Of a DNA stretch of 64,000 nucleotides, positions 26,950 to 39,220 are shown piece after piece; position 1 is the first letter of the stretch, and the number at the start of each line of letters is the position of its first letter. This DNA is from Cycas panzhihuaensis. Taxonomy: Eukaryota > Plantae > Cycadophyta. The stretch is taken from NCBI GenBank assembly GCA_023213395.1, contig CM041465.1, forward strand, positions 204,793,741 through 204,857,740. The letters run 5' to 3'. The position numbers were made by a program, and so were the translations under genes. The notes below the pieces were generated by a model. That model was not told the DNA's origin, did not search any database, and saw only the letters and a list, made by a program, of their open reading frames with translations.

Positions 26950-27092
26950 TCCCTGGATCCCGTTTCCTTCCTTCTCTGCGTACTTAGCCCACGCAGGGCT
27001 GCTGTCTCCTCTCCCCCTCTATGCAGTGAAGGATTATCTTCAATCACCGCTCGTCTTCCTGTTGGCGTCTCCTCCTCCCTCGCTCCTTGCAT

Positions 27093-27430
27093 TTCGGGAG
27101 TTGTACATTACGTGCGCTGCCCATCTCTTACACGGCTTCATTATTAATAACAATGGGCGTTGTACGTTGGTGTTTCGGGCACTGTACATTATGTACATTG
27201 CCCATCTCTTACACGGCTTCATTATTAATAACAACGGGCGTTGTACGTTGCCGTTTCGGGCACTATATATTACGTGCGCTGCCCATCTCTTACACAGCTT
27301 CGTTATTAATAACAATGGCTGTTGTACGTTGGCGTTGGCGTCACGCAGGTTTTGACAGGCTCGGCTCACCTGCGCTGCCCATCTCTCATCTCTCAGTAGC
27401 CTACATGGCTTCATTATTAATAATAACAAT
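27093..27430. repeat. CpG-rich 81-bp tandem repeat, 3 copies plus a partial
   Basis: CGGG anchors at 27095, 27176 and 27257 (period 81); partial copy at ~27371-27430. Confidence 0.95.
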
Positions 27431-29078
27431 GCTTTTAAATTGCGTTCAGCATTCGTGCATTTGTGCAACGCTCTTAAATTACGTTTCAGCTCCTTCTGAC
27501 TTGTAATTATGGCTGCCCCTTTTATATTACATTGGCGATTTTTTAAACATTTACCAACGGTTTTGCCGTTTATAGCCGATAGCATAATTATTAATATCTG
27601 TTTTTACTGTTTTCACAATGGCGGCAGCCTTTATTTCATTGTTTTTATATATAGATTTTAACATAAAGTTTAAAAAATTAAATTTAATTAGATAAACTTT
27701 TTAAATCCAGAGTTTAAAGGGTTTGTTTACGGCCCCCGGTTCTATCTAGCCATTATATGACCATTAGCTGCCTTCAAAAGGGCGCTAACAAGTTTTTATA
27801 ATCTCTTTTCTTTTTATTTTTTTAAATTTTTTATTTTTTATAGGGTTATTGACATTTTTTTTTTCCATAACTCTTTGCTGGAGCATTGGTTTCAGATGAA
27901 ACCAGTTCTATTAGATCACAAATTTTCTATACACCAATTCTGACTGGTCATATGACCAATTTGGTGCTAATTTGACCCCATTTCGGCCAATTTAACGTCA
28001 GATATTCAAATTTTTAACATTTTTCACACTTTTAACAAAATCATTTTTAGAACTGATCGTAATTTATTACTGGTAAATTATTTTCTGGCCAGATTTCTTC
28101 TATAGAGATCTACATTCTACAAACTTCAATACCCACTTCTTATTTTAATTTTTTGAATTCATTTTCATTAGTATTTTAATCGCTAAAAGTGGGAATTTAG
28201 TTGTTTTTAGCATGTTTCTTAACATTTTTACATAAAGATACCTGTTACTATTTTTGTTATAACTTTTTTATTTTATATCAGATTTTAATTTTTTTAGTTT
28301 CGTTGGGAAGATGTCTCAATTCTCTTCGATTTGACATAATTTTTTATACATTTTGATATATTTTTCCTGATTTTCAAATCATTCAAAGTAGAGGTACTTT
28401 ATTGCCTCAAATCTGCTATTTTTACACTTTTTTTTTTATATTTTTTCAAAATTTTTCAATTGAAAGTATATTGAATAATCTTATAAACAATATTTGATCA
28501 CCTTACAGCATTCTATAAGTATTTTGTTAGCATTTTGACCCCTTGCTCCTGTTTAGCCTCAAAACAAGGCTTGTACCTTTGATTCACTAAAACTTGATTT
28601 CTAGGAACCCGTTTTTAGAACGGTCAGTTCTTTTGGATTCACATTTTGTTTATCTTTATACTCATAAAGTTTTATATCATTCTGATGTTATTTAATATAC
28701 TTTTGAATCCCTCAAACTTAAGGTTATCATTCAAACCTTCTTTTAAGGAGCATATTAATTTTTTATTAAAAATTTCTTTATATTATTATTTTTTCAAAGT
28801 GAAAAATACTTTTATATATTTCATTTTCAGTATTTTATATTATTATCAAGGTAAAAGATCTTTATATGTGCTCTTATATTCACTTTATCTCAAAGTTTAT
28901 TTGAAAGGTGTACCTCTATTGAAAAGTTCTTTTATCATTTTTAAAAAAGATTATTTCCTTATTATGCCTTGTTGACTGGCTTTCTAAAGGGCATTTGAAA
29001 TCATATATATTCATTGATTTATTGATATTTTAACTTGTTAAAGCATATTTATTTTACATATTAAAGTTTTTTGATAAA

Positions 29079-29826
29079 ATGGCACAATTCCCCATTTTCG
29101 ATGGCCATAACTTTTTACTATGGTATGACACCATACAAACTTACTTTATTGAACATGATCTTTTGAAGTATTTATAACATGAATGTGATCTTAGCATTAA
29201 AGAAAATTTTAGAAAAGATAATGAAGTGTTAGGTTTATTATTTTACACTATGACTGATGATATTTTTTCACTGATTTCTGAATTAACAACTTCTAAATCA
29301 GTTTGGAATGTATTGATTTCTACTTATAGGGGAGATACCCTCCATGTATTTGATGATATTTTTTATGAGTATGTGAGATAGGTGACAGAACAGGTGAAGC
29401 ATAGTGACAACACCAATGAAGATTCAGATCAAATGAAGGACCACATTGTTGCACAAGGATTTGATCCTCTATTTGAGGGGGAGAATGAAGATGAATCTTA
29501 TGATATGATGAAGAATGAATGTGATGATATGACAAAGAATGAACGTGATGAGATGACAGTTGTTCAAAGCATAAAGATTACAAAAGTTTAAGTTCAAAGC
29601 CTTCTTAATGTTCTAGCTGACAAAGTCAAAATTACAGCTATTCATTTATATTTGAATCGAGTTTTATCTACTTATAGTTTTTCTACATCATTCCATGATA
29701 AAAAGACATATGTGGCTATAAGAGTGAGAAGAGTTGATAAAGATCAAGATTAGAATTTTAAAGTTTTTTTCAAGTACAAGTTCCATAAGTTCAAGGAAAA
29801 GATACAAGTGTTCGCGATGACATTAA
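29079..29826 (+). pseudogene. gag N-terminal stub, acidic linker and RNase H C-terminal tail of element F
   Basis: MAQFPIFDGHNFLLW..KDNEVLGLLFYTMTDDIFSLISELTTSKSVWNVLISTYRGD; acidic ORF 29382-29591; tail FFKYKFHKFKEKIQV..LRG running into the PPT. Confidence 0.85.
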
Positions 29827-31591
29827 GGGGGAGAATGTTAGAGTGTAATGTCATCACTCAACTCCCTCTTACCTACCAGGATTGTACACCTCAATTTACA
29901 TATGTGATGTTAAAATACATGTAGGTAAGTTAATGTTAATTTGAGTTAAGTTATATTATTTTATTATTAATTTAAATTTAGGGGTTGAGGAGTTCCCCTC
30001 CTCCCTCAAAACTATTTATATTATGGGGTGTACAACCTTGGTGCCTTTAAACACCACCTCCTTTTAAGATATTTGTCATGCTCTTAACAACAATGGATTG
30101 AAGACAATGCTATCATGTTCTCATAGTTTATTGATGCAACATCGATCTACATTGCTATATTGTTACATAGATTTGTATTGAATATTTGATGCAATACTAT
30201 TATTTTGAATATATTGAAGTTTATTATATCTTCTGCTCTGTTCTCCTGCAATTATTATTCCATCATTTGGTATCAGAGCAGTTTAGCTACATTATATTTC
30301 TTACATAAATTTAACACCTCCATCGTTAGTTTCTAATCATGTCACAACCCCATGTGACCTCGTTTTTCAAGATTAGGGGGCAAACTTCAAACAATTATAA
30401 GTTACTTTTTATAATTTTAGTTTTTAAAAGATTTAATCATATTTTACATATTTAAAGTCTGAAACCCACCTTTGGACCTTAGCTACTAATCACGTTAGCT
30501 CCAACGTGACCAGGGGCCTTTCGCTTAAGGGGCTCACACTTTTAATTTATTTGCAATAAAAAGGTCCTTGTACTATTTATGTTATAACTTTTCATTTAAG
30601 AGTCCATTTTTTAAACGATTTGATCCATTGAAAAAATATTTCAATTATCTACACATTGAAGTAGTTTCTAATGAGATATAAAACTACTTTATAGGTTTTT
30701 TAGGCTAATAAAGTTAAGGCTTCTATTTGACCCTTGTTTAGCCTATTTTTAAATATTTCAAGTAATTTTTCCATTCTAACTTAGCATACTTATTTATTAT
30801 TAAGCTTCTAATCAGTTGTTAATAGTTTTTATCTATTTTAGAGGCTCACAACTAAGTTTTGCAGTCATTGAGCTCTACTTTGCCCTCTTGAAGAGAAGGA
30901 GCTCTGTTGGAAACAAAAACTTTAAATTTGTACACTCAAACTCCTTATAACTCTATTCTAAGGCTGTTATTTTATCTTTTAGCTTGTAGACTTGATTCTA
31001 AAGCTCTTTTATGGTATATTTTCTGCTCATTTAAGGTTAATTTACCTTCTTAAAAGTATTACATTTAAAGGTGTATTTAGTTGCATAAGATCATTTATAA
31101 GCACTTTATTTGAAACCTTGTGAAAGTTGTTTTGTAAAAGCATTTATTTAATTTAATTTAAAAATATATACTTTTCTTTAATTACTAAATTACCCTTTTA
31201 TTGATTAACAAGGTATCTATTTGAAAGTTCATCTATATTTTAAGTTGTTTGTTAGCTTATTAGTAAAGCATCTTCAAAGTTAAGTTAAGGTCATCTCTAT
31301 TATAGTTAAAAGCTTAAGTAAGTTGCATTGCATTATATTATATTACTTATTTCATGGGCCTTTATCTTTTAAGGTTTACATATATCATTTTGAAATGATC
31401 ATTTATCATATATTTGTCTCATTTCAAAATAGAACATTTATCTTGCATTATTTTAAGCAGATATACATTTCATCTCATTACTTAGTTACCTTCATTAAGA
31501 AGGAATCTTGTTGAAAAAACATGTGAAAGGAGATTTATTGCAGGTTATTTTTTCATTAGATGTTGTGATTAATAAGATCCTAGTGTTTATA

Positions 31592-32270
31592 ATGGAAATT
31601 TATCTAGATAACATGATAATTCCCATATTTGATGGCACTAAGTTTTCACCTTAGAAAATTTTGATGAAAACACTCTTTATCTCTAAAAATTTGTGGATTT
31701 ATGTGAATAATGGTTATCATAACTTAAATACCAATTCTATTTTAGAGAAAGAATAATATTTAAAGAAAATATGAAAAAGGATAATGAGACTTTAGTCTTA
31801 ATTTTTTGTACAATAGATGATATTGTATTCACTAGTGTTAGTGAAATGACCACTTCTAAAACTATATGGGATATCTTAAAATCAGTTTATGGGGGAGATA
31901 CTTTAGAACTAAATAAAACTAACTATATTGATAATGCTTTTCGTATGAGATAGATGTTAGAGGAGGTAAACATTATTGAAATGGCTAATGTTGCATGTAC
32001 TATGGAAGACTCTAATAAAAATAATGATCATATTATTGCATTCAATACCTTTAACCTAATTAGCTCCCATGAGGTAAGAGATCAAGAAGATAAATAATTT
32101 GAACCATACTTTATTGAAGAAGACTACATTGTAAATATGTAAGTTGATGATCACTTTAAGGATGGTGACAAAGCTAAAGGACATATGTTTAATCTCTCTC
32201 TCAAAGTTTTCTTGAAGTATAAGTACTATAAATTTAGAGAAAAGTTGAAGATGTATGTGATGAACATTAA
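31592..32270 (+). pseudogene. gag N-terminal stub, acidic linker and RNase H C-terminal tail of element E
   Basis: IPIFDGTKFSP*K..KKDNETLVLIFCTIDDIVFTSVSEMTTSKTIWDILKSVYGGD; tail KVFLKYKYYKFREKLKM running into the PPT. Confidence 0.85.
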
Positions 32271-32598
32271 GGGGGAGAATGTTAAGTTAATGTTCATCAT
32301 CTAATATTGCATTGGGAGTGTTCATACCATCGAAGCCATTATGGTAAGTATTAGTTTAATATTTTGTTCATTTTTAAAATTATTTTGAATTCTAAGTTAA
32401 GTCTGACTATTTCTTGTCTCCCAAATATAAAATCCTTAGGGTCAAAAACCCTGGTGTTCTTCAACACCACCACTATTATAAAATTGTTACCATTTAAGCA
32501 ATATGGATTGAATACTATATTTTGAATGTGCATTTGCAATATGGCTATGGATTGAGACCTATTTCTAAAATAACATTCTGCTTTTCATCAGTTCAACC

Positions 32599-35500
32599 AT
32601 GGCATCCTATATTTTGGGCCTTAATGATGCAAATAAACTGATCAAAAATAATTATCATGTTTAGAAAATTAAAATAAAAGCACTTTTACATGTCAAAAAT
32701 GCTTGGGAGTTAACCATTGGAGAAGAAAAGATACAAAAAACTGAAGGTGATGCCCAGAAAAATTAGAAAGAAAGAAATAATCTAAGAGTAATAACTCTGA
32801 AAATGTTTGTCTCTAATCATCTTTTAATATACACTAATAAATTAAATTCTTACTCTTAAACTTGAAAAACCTTTGAAAATCTATATGCCCAAAAGAATAG
32901 AGCAAGGATCATAATCTTGAAAGAGGAGTTATTAAAATTATTTATGAAAGAAATAGAAACAGTAACTGACTTCATTTATAAAGTTACTACAATCTAAAAT
33001 GATCTGTTAAGTATTAGGGAAACTATCTCTGAAAGGAAAATAGTAGAAATGGTAGCAAAAAACTCCCAAAGGCATATGATGTAACCATTAATATCATAAC
33101 CAATACTAGCCTAATTGAAGAAATGACACTTGATGAACTACATGGTATGTTGTTGAGACAAGAATAAAGAAATAAAAGGTATAAAGATATCACTAAAATG
33201 GAAGATGTCTTCATAACTAAATTGAACATAGTAGGCTCCAAAGGACAAGGTTGATTTAGAGGCAAAGGACATGCTCTAGAATTCAAGTCTTCATCATGAA
33301 GAAGATGGTCAAAAAGTAGAGAATGTGGTCATATGTATCCACCCAAAGAGGCTTAAGTATGCTTTAATTACAACAAACCTAAATAATGCTCTAGTCAATG
33401 TCATGCCTTTAACATTTGCTATCATTATGGACAACCATGACACTACCCATACTAGTGTCCTCAATGCAGAGCAAACATATAGAGAGGGAAAAGAGTAGTA
33501 GGAAACTACAGTAAGGAGCAATCAGATGAAATAGATAAAGAAACAACTTTTATTGCCACTTTATCAGCCAATCATCTAGACAAGGATATGTGGTACATTG
33601 ATTCTAGAGCATCAAGACATATGATAAGTAAGGAATATTGGTTCAAATGTATCAAACCCTACTCCATAGATAAATCATTTAAGTTGGGAGATAAGTACCC
33701 CTTAAACATTAAAGGAGTAGGAAACATTGATATTAACTTACAAGGTAGCATAAAGGAAATTAGAAATGTACTCATTGTACCAAGTCTTAAGATGAATCTT
33801 CTCTTTATATCTTATCTATGTAGAAAAATCCTGAGAACTATTTTTGATGAGAAAGGCATGTGCTATATACTAGACATAAAAAATATTGGTGTTGTGATCA
33901 TTAAAAGGGTAAAGTATAATGATCTTTATAGACTATTGTCCAATCATGTTACTCATGATAAGGATGTAAAGGCATATTTACTTATAAATCCTAATGATAA
34001 TAATAAAGTGTAGTATTTGAAGTATGGGCATCTCCTTGTGGATACATTGGAAATGATGGAAAGAAATAATATTTCTAATGGCTTCCTTCTATTTCATTAG
34101 ATCATTTTGTTTGCAAAGGGTGTTAATTTAGAAAATATTATTTCCTTTCATAACTAATGAATACCATGCTCAAGAAAAATTAAAACTAATACACATAGAC
34201 TTATGTGGTCTTATGACACCACTGTCTATAAATGGCTCTAGATATTTTTTTACTTTCATTGATGACTTCACTAAAAAAGTGTGGGTGTACTTCCTTCATA
34301 ACAAATCAAAAGTATTTGATATATTTAAAGAATTTAAGACAAAGGTAGAATTAGAGTCAAGATATAAAATTAAATGTATCATATCTAACAATGGAGGCGA
34401 ATATATTTTGAAAGAGTTTTTGGATTACTTCAAAGCTAGAGGTATATGAAGGCAATTTACAACTCCCTACACACCCTAGTCTAATGACATCGTAGAACGA
34501 AAAATAGGACCATTATGGAAATAGCATGTAGCATGATTCATAGCAAACAAATATCAAGGACTTACTAGGATGAAGTAGTAAGTACAACATGCTATCTGAT
34601 AAATTAGTGTCTAACCATTGCACTATAGCAGATCATCCCTAAAGAAGGATGGACAGGAGAACACACGATATAAGTAACTTGAAAATTTTTGGGAGTCAGG
34701 CCTTTGTCCATATACCAAATAAAAACAAGACAAATCTCAATTTAAAATGCATCAAATGCATTATGATTAGGTACAGCAAAAACTCAAAGGGGTACAAATG
34801 CATAGATTCCAAAACCCATAAAATCTATGTAAGTAGGGATGTCATTTTTAATAAAGAAATTCCTACTGATGTCAACTCTCCAACTCAAACAATTGATAAA
34901 GTACCAAGGATTAAGGTTCAAGAAGAACCTCCTATTGAAGAATCAAGAGTAACTATAAAAAATGACTTAGAAGAGTTAGAAACCACCCTTCCTATAGAAG
35001 GAGAACAGTCATCCAAAGAATCAACTGCTAGAAAAACAAAAAGGGAGAAGAAAGTACCAAAATGGTACATCAAAATAATAGAAGAAGGAAAGGTAAATAT
35101 TTACACATGGAACTAGAAGTCAACAACCTCAAGCCCTCTTCAGTAGAGTGGAGCCTCAATCCTTTGAGGAAGTAAAGGAGTATACAGAATGGAGATCCGT
35201 AATGAATGCAAAAATAGATGCCATTACTAAAATCCAAACTTGGGATCTAGTTAAGTTAGCTCCAAATAAACCTATTGTTAATTGTAAATGGGTGTACAAA
35301 GTAAAAGGAGTTGAGGGCAAAATGGGGAAGCTTAAAGCTAAACATATGGAAAAAGGTTATGCTCAAACCGCTAGGATTGATTTTGATGAAACATTCTCTC
35401 CTATGGCCAAATTAAATATTGTTAGAATAATGATTGCACTATCATCTCAAAATAACTGGGAGATTTACCAGTTAGATGTCAAAAATGTCTTCTTAAATGG

Positions 35501-36143
35501 AGATTTAGAGGAAGAGGTCTACATGTGGCAACCAAAAGACTACATCAAGCAAGGACAAGAACATCTAGTATGTAAACTAAAAAAGGCCTTGTATGGATTA
35601 AAACAAGTGTCCAGAGCTTGGTATACAAAGTTAGATAAATATCTGTCTCAAAATGTCTTTCAGAGGTACAGTTTTAATTCCAGTCTATATGTCAAAAGAA
35701 GGGGACAAAGAAAATAGGAAATCTACCAGTGGATATTATTTCTTCTTAGGCTTAACAACCATTTCTTGGTGTAGTAAAAAGTAACCAACAGTTGCTTTTT
35801 CATCAACTGAAGCAGAATACAGATTAGTAGTTAGTGCAACTTGTGAAGCACTCTGACTCAAGGAACTATTAATGGATATGAATCAATTGCAATAAGAACT
35901 AACAGCTTGACTTTGTGATAACCAGAGTGTAATAAAGTTCAACAAGAATTTGATTTTGTATGCATAAATAAAGCACATAGAAGTTCACCACTACTTCATT
36001 CGAGAAAAAGTTCAAAGCAAAGAAGTTGATCTAATATACTACCCTACAGAAAGTCAAGTTGTAGACATTCTGAAAAAATCTCTTAGTAGAGATAAATTTT
36101 AATTTCTTAAAGATAGAATAGGACTGAAAAGGATAAAACATTA
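32599..36143 (+). pseudogene. gag-pol of copia B with an internal RT deletion
   Basis: WYIDSRASRHM, FIDDFTKKVWVYF, QLDVKNVFLNG, KKALYGLKQ; at ~35700 the frame jumps from SLYVKR straight to GDKENRKSTSGY, so YVDD is missing. Confidence 0.95.
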
Positions 36144-36151
36144 AGAGAAGG

Positions 36152-36360
36152 TGTTAGAGTATAATGTTCTATCTTAGGATTATAAAAAAGAAGGATAATG
36201 TGATCAACTCATCATTATACATAATGTAAATTTAGTGTTCATGATTAGTTATAATTAAACATGTAACGGTTACAAAGTCTTATGTATAAAAGGTGGAATT
36301 TCTCATATAATAAAGACACTAATGTTTCCCTCCATTAATTAGAGAAGTCAGATTTTAATA
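36152..36360 (+). repeat. 3' LTR of copia B
   Basis: Direct repeat of 16747-16955, followed by TSD CTAAT. Confidence 0.96.
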
Positions 36361-37299
36361 CTAATCACACATTAATCAAGTTGAGGTGGATAAGACCAAC
36401 TCAAAATACACTATGTTTTTTAAGTTGGAAATTTTGTATAGTTTTTGGGCAATTTTTTTTATTATTGATTTTGATTTGAAGTATTTTAAGTTTACTCAAG
36501 GAACTAAAAATATGCAATCACAAATAACCAAGTATGAACCAATCATTATCCATAAAGGTATGAGAAGGCATAATGAGACAATGATAGGGAAGCTTGAGAA
36601 AATTGCTGAAACATGATGACTTAAAGGAGAAATATGAGTATAAATATAAAGGTACATTCTAACCCTAGTCCCATTCGAACACATAGAAGTGCAAATGGCA
36701 ATAAGGAATTCATCATCATAAAGTTAAATTGAGTCAAAATAACTATAATACTCAGACAAAAACTAATTAGGAATACTTAAGCCAACATAATATTGATTAA
36801 TAAACTTGGCAAATGATGGTAAATCTTAAAGAAATAAAGTAATATCACTTCCAAAGGGAGATTGATCAAATGTTTGAGCAACCAATATCATCAAAAAAGT
36901 ATGGAGCATCATAAAAATGATTTGAATCAAAATTAGGTAACTTGGGAGATGGTTGAATCTCTAGTTTAGTTATCTTAAAGATTAAAGAAATAAACAAACC
37001 AAAGACTTCAAATGACAAGGATGAATATGACTTCTTTTTAGTTATAATATAAAAAATAAAAAATGAATTGGAGAACATTGAAAAGGGAATATAAACAAAT
37101 GTTAGATAAAGAAGAGTAACATAATTCATCATTTTAAATTAATCATTTTGAATCCAAATCTAAAGAAGTAATGAGTTTAGTTAAATGTGGATGAGATTGA
37201 AAAGGAATTACATCATAAAAAATTATTAAAGTATTTATAGTTTTAGAATTATCAATTTTAAAATCATATGAATTGATAGGTATCAAATTGTGATTGATA

Positions 37300-38720
37300 C
37301 TTATAGTAAAGACTTCATACTATAAAGTTGAATTATTTCTTAATTGTAAAGGAGACATCCTATCATAAACATATATAGTAGATTTATCCCATTAATCGTG
37401 ATTAAAATTGATGAATAGGATGATTGGAAAAATGTCAAGAGAAGTATTAGCTTAAAATTTTTAAAATTTGATAACCTTAACTTGATTTTTATAATGGAAT
37501 TAAATTTCACCAAAAATAAATAATGGAATAGCATGCAAATCCTGTATCTAGCTATGACTGAGTAGGATGTTATAATCAAGTGTGATGTCAACAACTTTAA
37601 TGTTAAGTTTCATAATCTTTCACTCAAATAAAATAGGAAGATTAAAATTTTAGCCCATCATTGAACACTTGACAATATCTAATGTTTTTATCATCATGGG
37701 ACTTTTGTCCAACTTTATAAGTTAGAGAGCATGCATGAGGGAAATGAGCATTATATTTAAAGATGATTCATCATCAATAATAACTCTATGAACTATTATT
37801 TTGTTTATAACAATATGAACCATCGAGGCTCCAAGATCAACTAAAGCAAAAATATTTGGTAGAAGAAGTACAAGATCAAAAGATATTGATTTTTGGGAAT
37901 AGGTTCGAAAAATTGAATCCCAAGTAAACTAAAACAATCTTATCTTATAGAAGGGCAACACTATAACATGTCATAAAGTGACATAACTAAAGAAATACAC
38001 TTCATATCCTTGACAAGAGAATATGAAATAGAAGCTCTTGAACCAAGCATAAGACTAGGGCACTTAAGATCCCTAGAAGTTTAAGGGTTATAGATAATTA
38101 AAGGAGATTGAATATCTTTTGACTATTTAGAAGAATCTACTTCTTCCTTTTTAGAAGCCTATGATAGGGATTAAACTTTAAATACATTAGTAAAATCTAT
38201 AGGTAAAGATTTAAGGTAATAAATCTGAGAGGCAGGCTTTCTACTAATAGCCTTATTAATTTCTTTAGGTTTAAAAATTTGAATACCTGGAGAAGATTAA
38301 GGATCAAATGATGAGGTAGTTTATAAAAGAGTGGAATACGAAATAAATAAGGATGGCTGAAAATTATTTAAGGCAGGTGATGTAAATTAAGAACCTATCA
38401 CCTAAGAATAATTAGAGAATGATGTATGTCTAACTAAGACTAAATTCAACTGATTATAAAGATTTTAAATTTGAGAGGATAATTGAGCTTCAACACTTAA
38501 AGAGGTTGAATGGGTAAAATATACAGGTTTTAAATTATTGTTAAGAAAGGGGTTCTTAAGCATTCTCATTTATTATTTAGGGTTTTGATTTTAAAATTAT
38601 TGCATTAAGGCCAAAGTATGACAATTCTTAATAGTACAATCATTAGGAGTATGATAGTTAGAGTACCAAAGCTACTCACAATAGGTATTCTTATGGTGGT
38701 TTATCTTTCGATAATAATGA
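37300..38720 (-). pseudogene. Decayed gag zinc finger and protease of a Tat/Ogre-like Ty3/gypsy element
   Basis: Minus strand: YSNYHTPNDCTIKNCHTL (~38665-38610; cf. YCxYHxxxGHxIENCxxL), MSLYDML (~37985), VHRVIIDDESSLNIMLISLMHAL (~37795-37725; cf. VxRVLIDxGSSLNIMP). Confidence 0.55.
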
Positions 38721-38822
38721 TAACATAAAGGCTTTATAGGATACTATTACTACCTATTTTGAGGTGCAATATGAGGGATGTTATCTCAAGGATGAGGGGC
38801 AGGATTATACTACCCCTTTGGT

Positions 38823-39220
38823 TGTTAAAATATTATACGAGCAAAAGATGCTTAAATACTAAATGATAGAAATAAAAGTGTATAAACATAGGTCAAACTT
38901 ATCCTAGGATCATATAAGATTATGAGACTATGCCATATAAGTGGAAATAAAGAATAAACATAAATATATACATATACAATATAACATACTTAGGGGAAAT
39001 GGATACCTCTGTATTGTATTATCAAACCTATACATATTTATAATATATTACACCACCTCATTGACCAATCACATTCTAGGAGCCACTTAGCCAACCATTG
39101 ACTAACATCATGAAGAATTATACACACTATAATCCCCTACTATATATTAAAAGGATAACCACATTGATTTACATCAATTAAATATTTTCATGAGATAACA
39201 TTACCCAACATTCCCCTCTT
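38823..39220 (-). mobile_element. Possible LTR plus PPT of a minus-strand element
   Basis: TGTTA at 38823 and CAACA at 39210, followed by TTCCCCTCTTAAT (reverse-complement PPT). No second LTR found. Confidence 0.35.

Larger units (their letters stand above)
24154..30305 (+). mobile_element. Non-autonomous copia-derived LTR element F (gag stub only) carrying host-gene cargo
   Basis: LTRs 24154-24647 and 29836-30305 (TGTT...TACA), TSD TAAAT at 24149-24153 and 30306-30310, PPT AAGGGGGAGAA at ~29825-29835, no protease, integrase or RT. Confidence 0.96.
18952..30316 (+). mobile_element. Ty1/copia element C; 3' LTR split by F
   Basis: 5' LTR 18952-19153, PBS TGGTATCAAAG at 19154; 3' LTR 23946-24153 plus 30311-30316; TSD CCTCC at 18947-18951 and 30317-30321. 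Confidence 0.96.
17356..32555 (+). mobile_element. Non-autonomous copia-derived LTR element E (gag stub only), with C and F nested inside; 3' LTR truncated
   Basis: 17356-17631 repeats at 32280-32555; intact PBS TGGTATCAGAGC at 17678-17689; PPT AAGGGGGAGAA before 32280; no protease, integrase or RT in its own internal sequence (17690-18951 and 30317-32279). Right TSD lost by deletion. Confidence 0.88.
16747..36360 (+). mobile_element. Ty1/copia element B, with E, C and F nested inside
   Basis: 209-bp LTRs at 16747-16955 and 36152-36360 (about 18 mismatches by eye), TSD CTAAT at 16742-16746 and 36361-36365, decayed tRNA-iMet PBS at 16956, PPT before 36152. Confidence 0.96.

Noticed and set aside
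26900-27585. Three overlapping 139-181 aa ORFs with 27-aa repeats
   Set aside because: By-products of a GC-rich 81-bp tandem repeat that is open in several frames on both strands; no protein motif.
28646-28975. Hydrophobic 109-aa ORF as an env-like gene (similar short ORFs at 2237, 31323, 36866)
   Set aside because: Composition artefact of T-rich leader DNA; non-ATG starts in most cases and no motifs.
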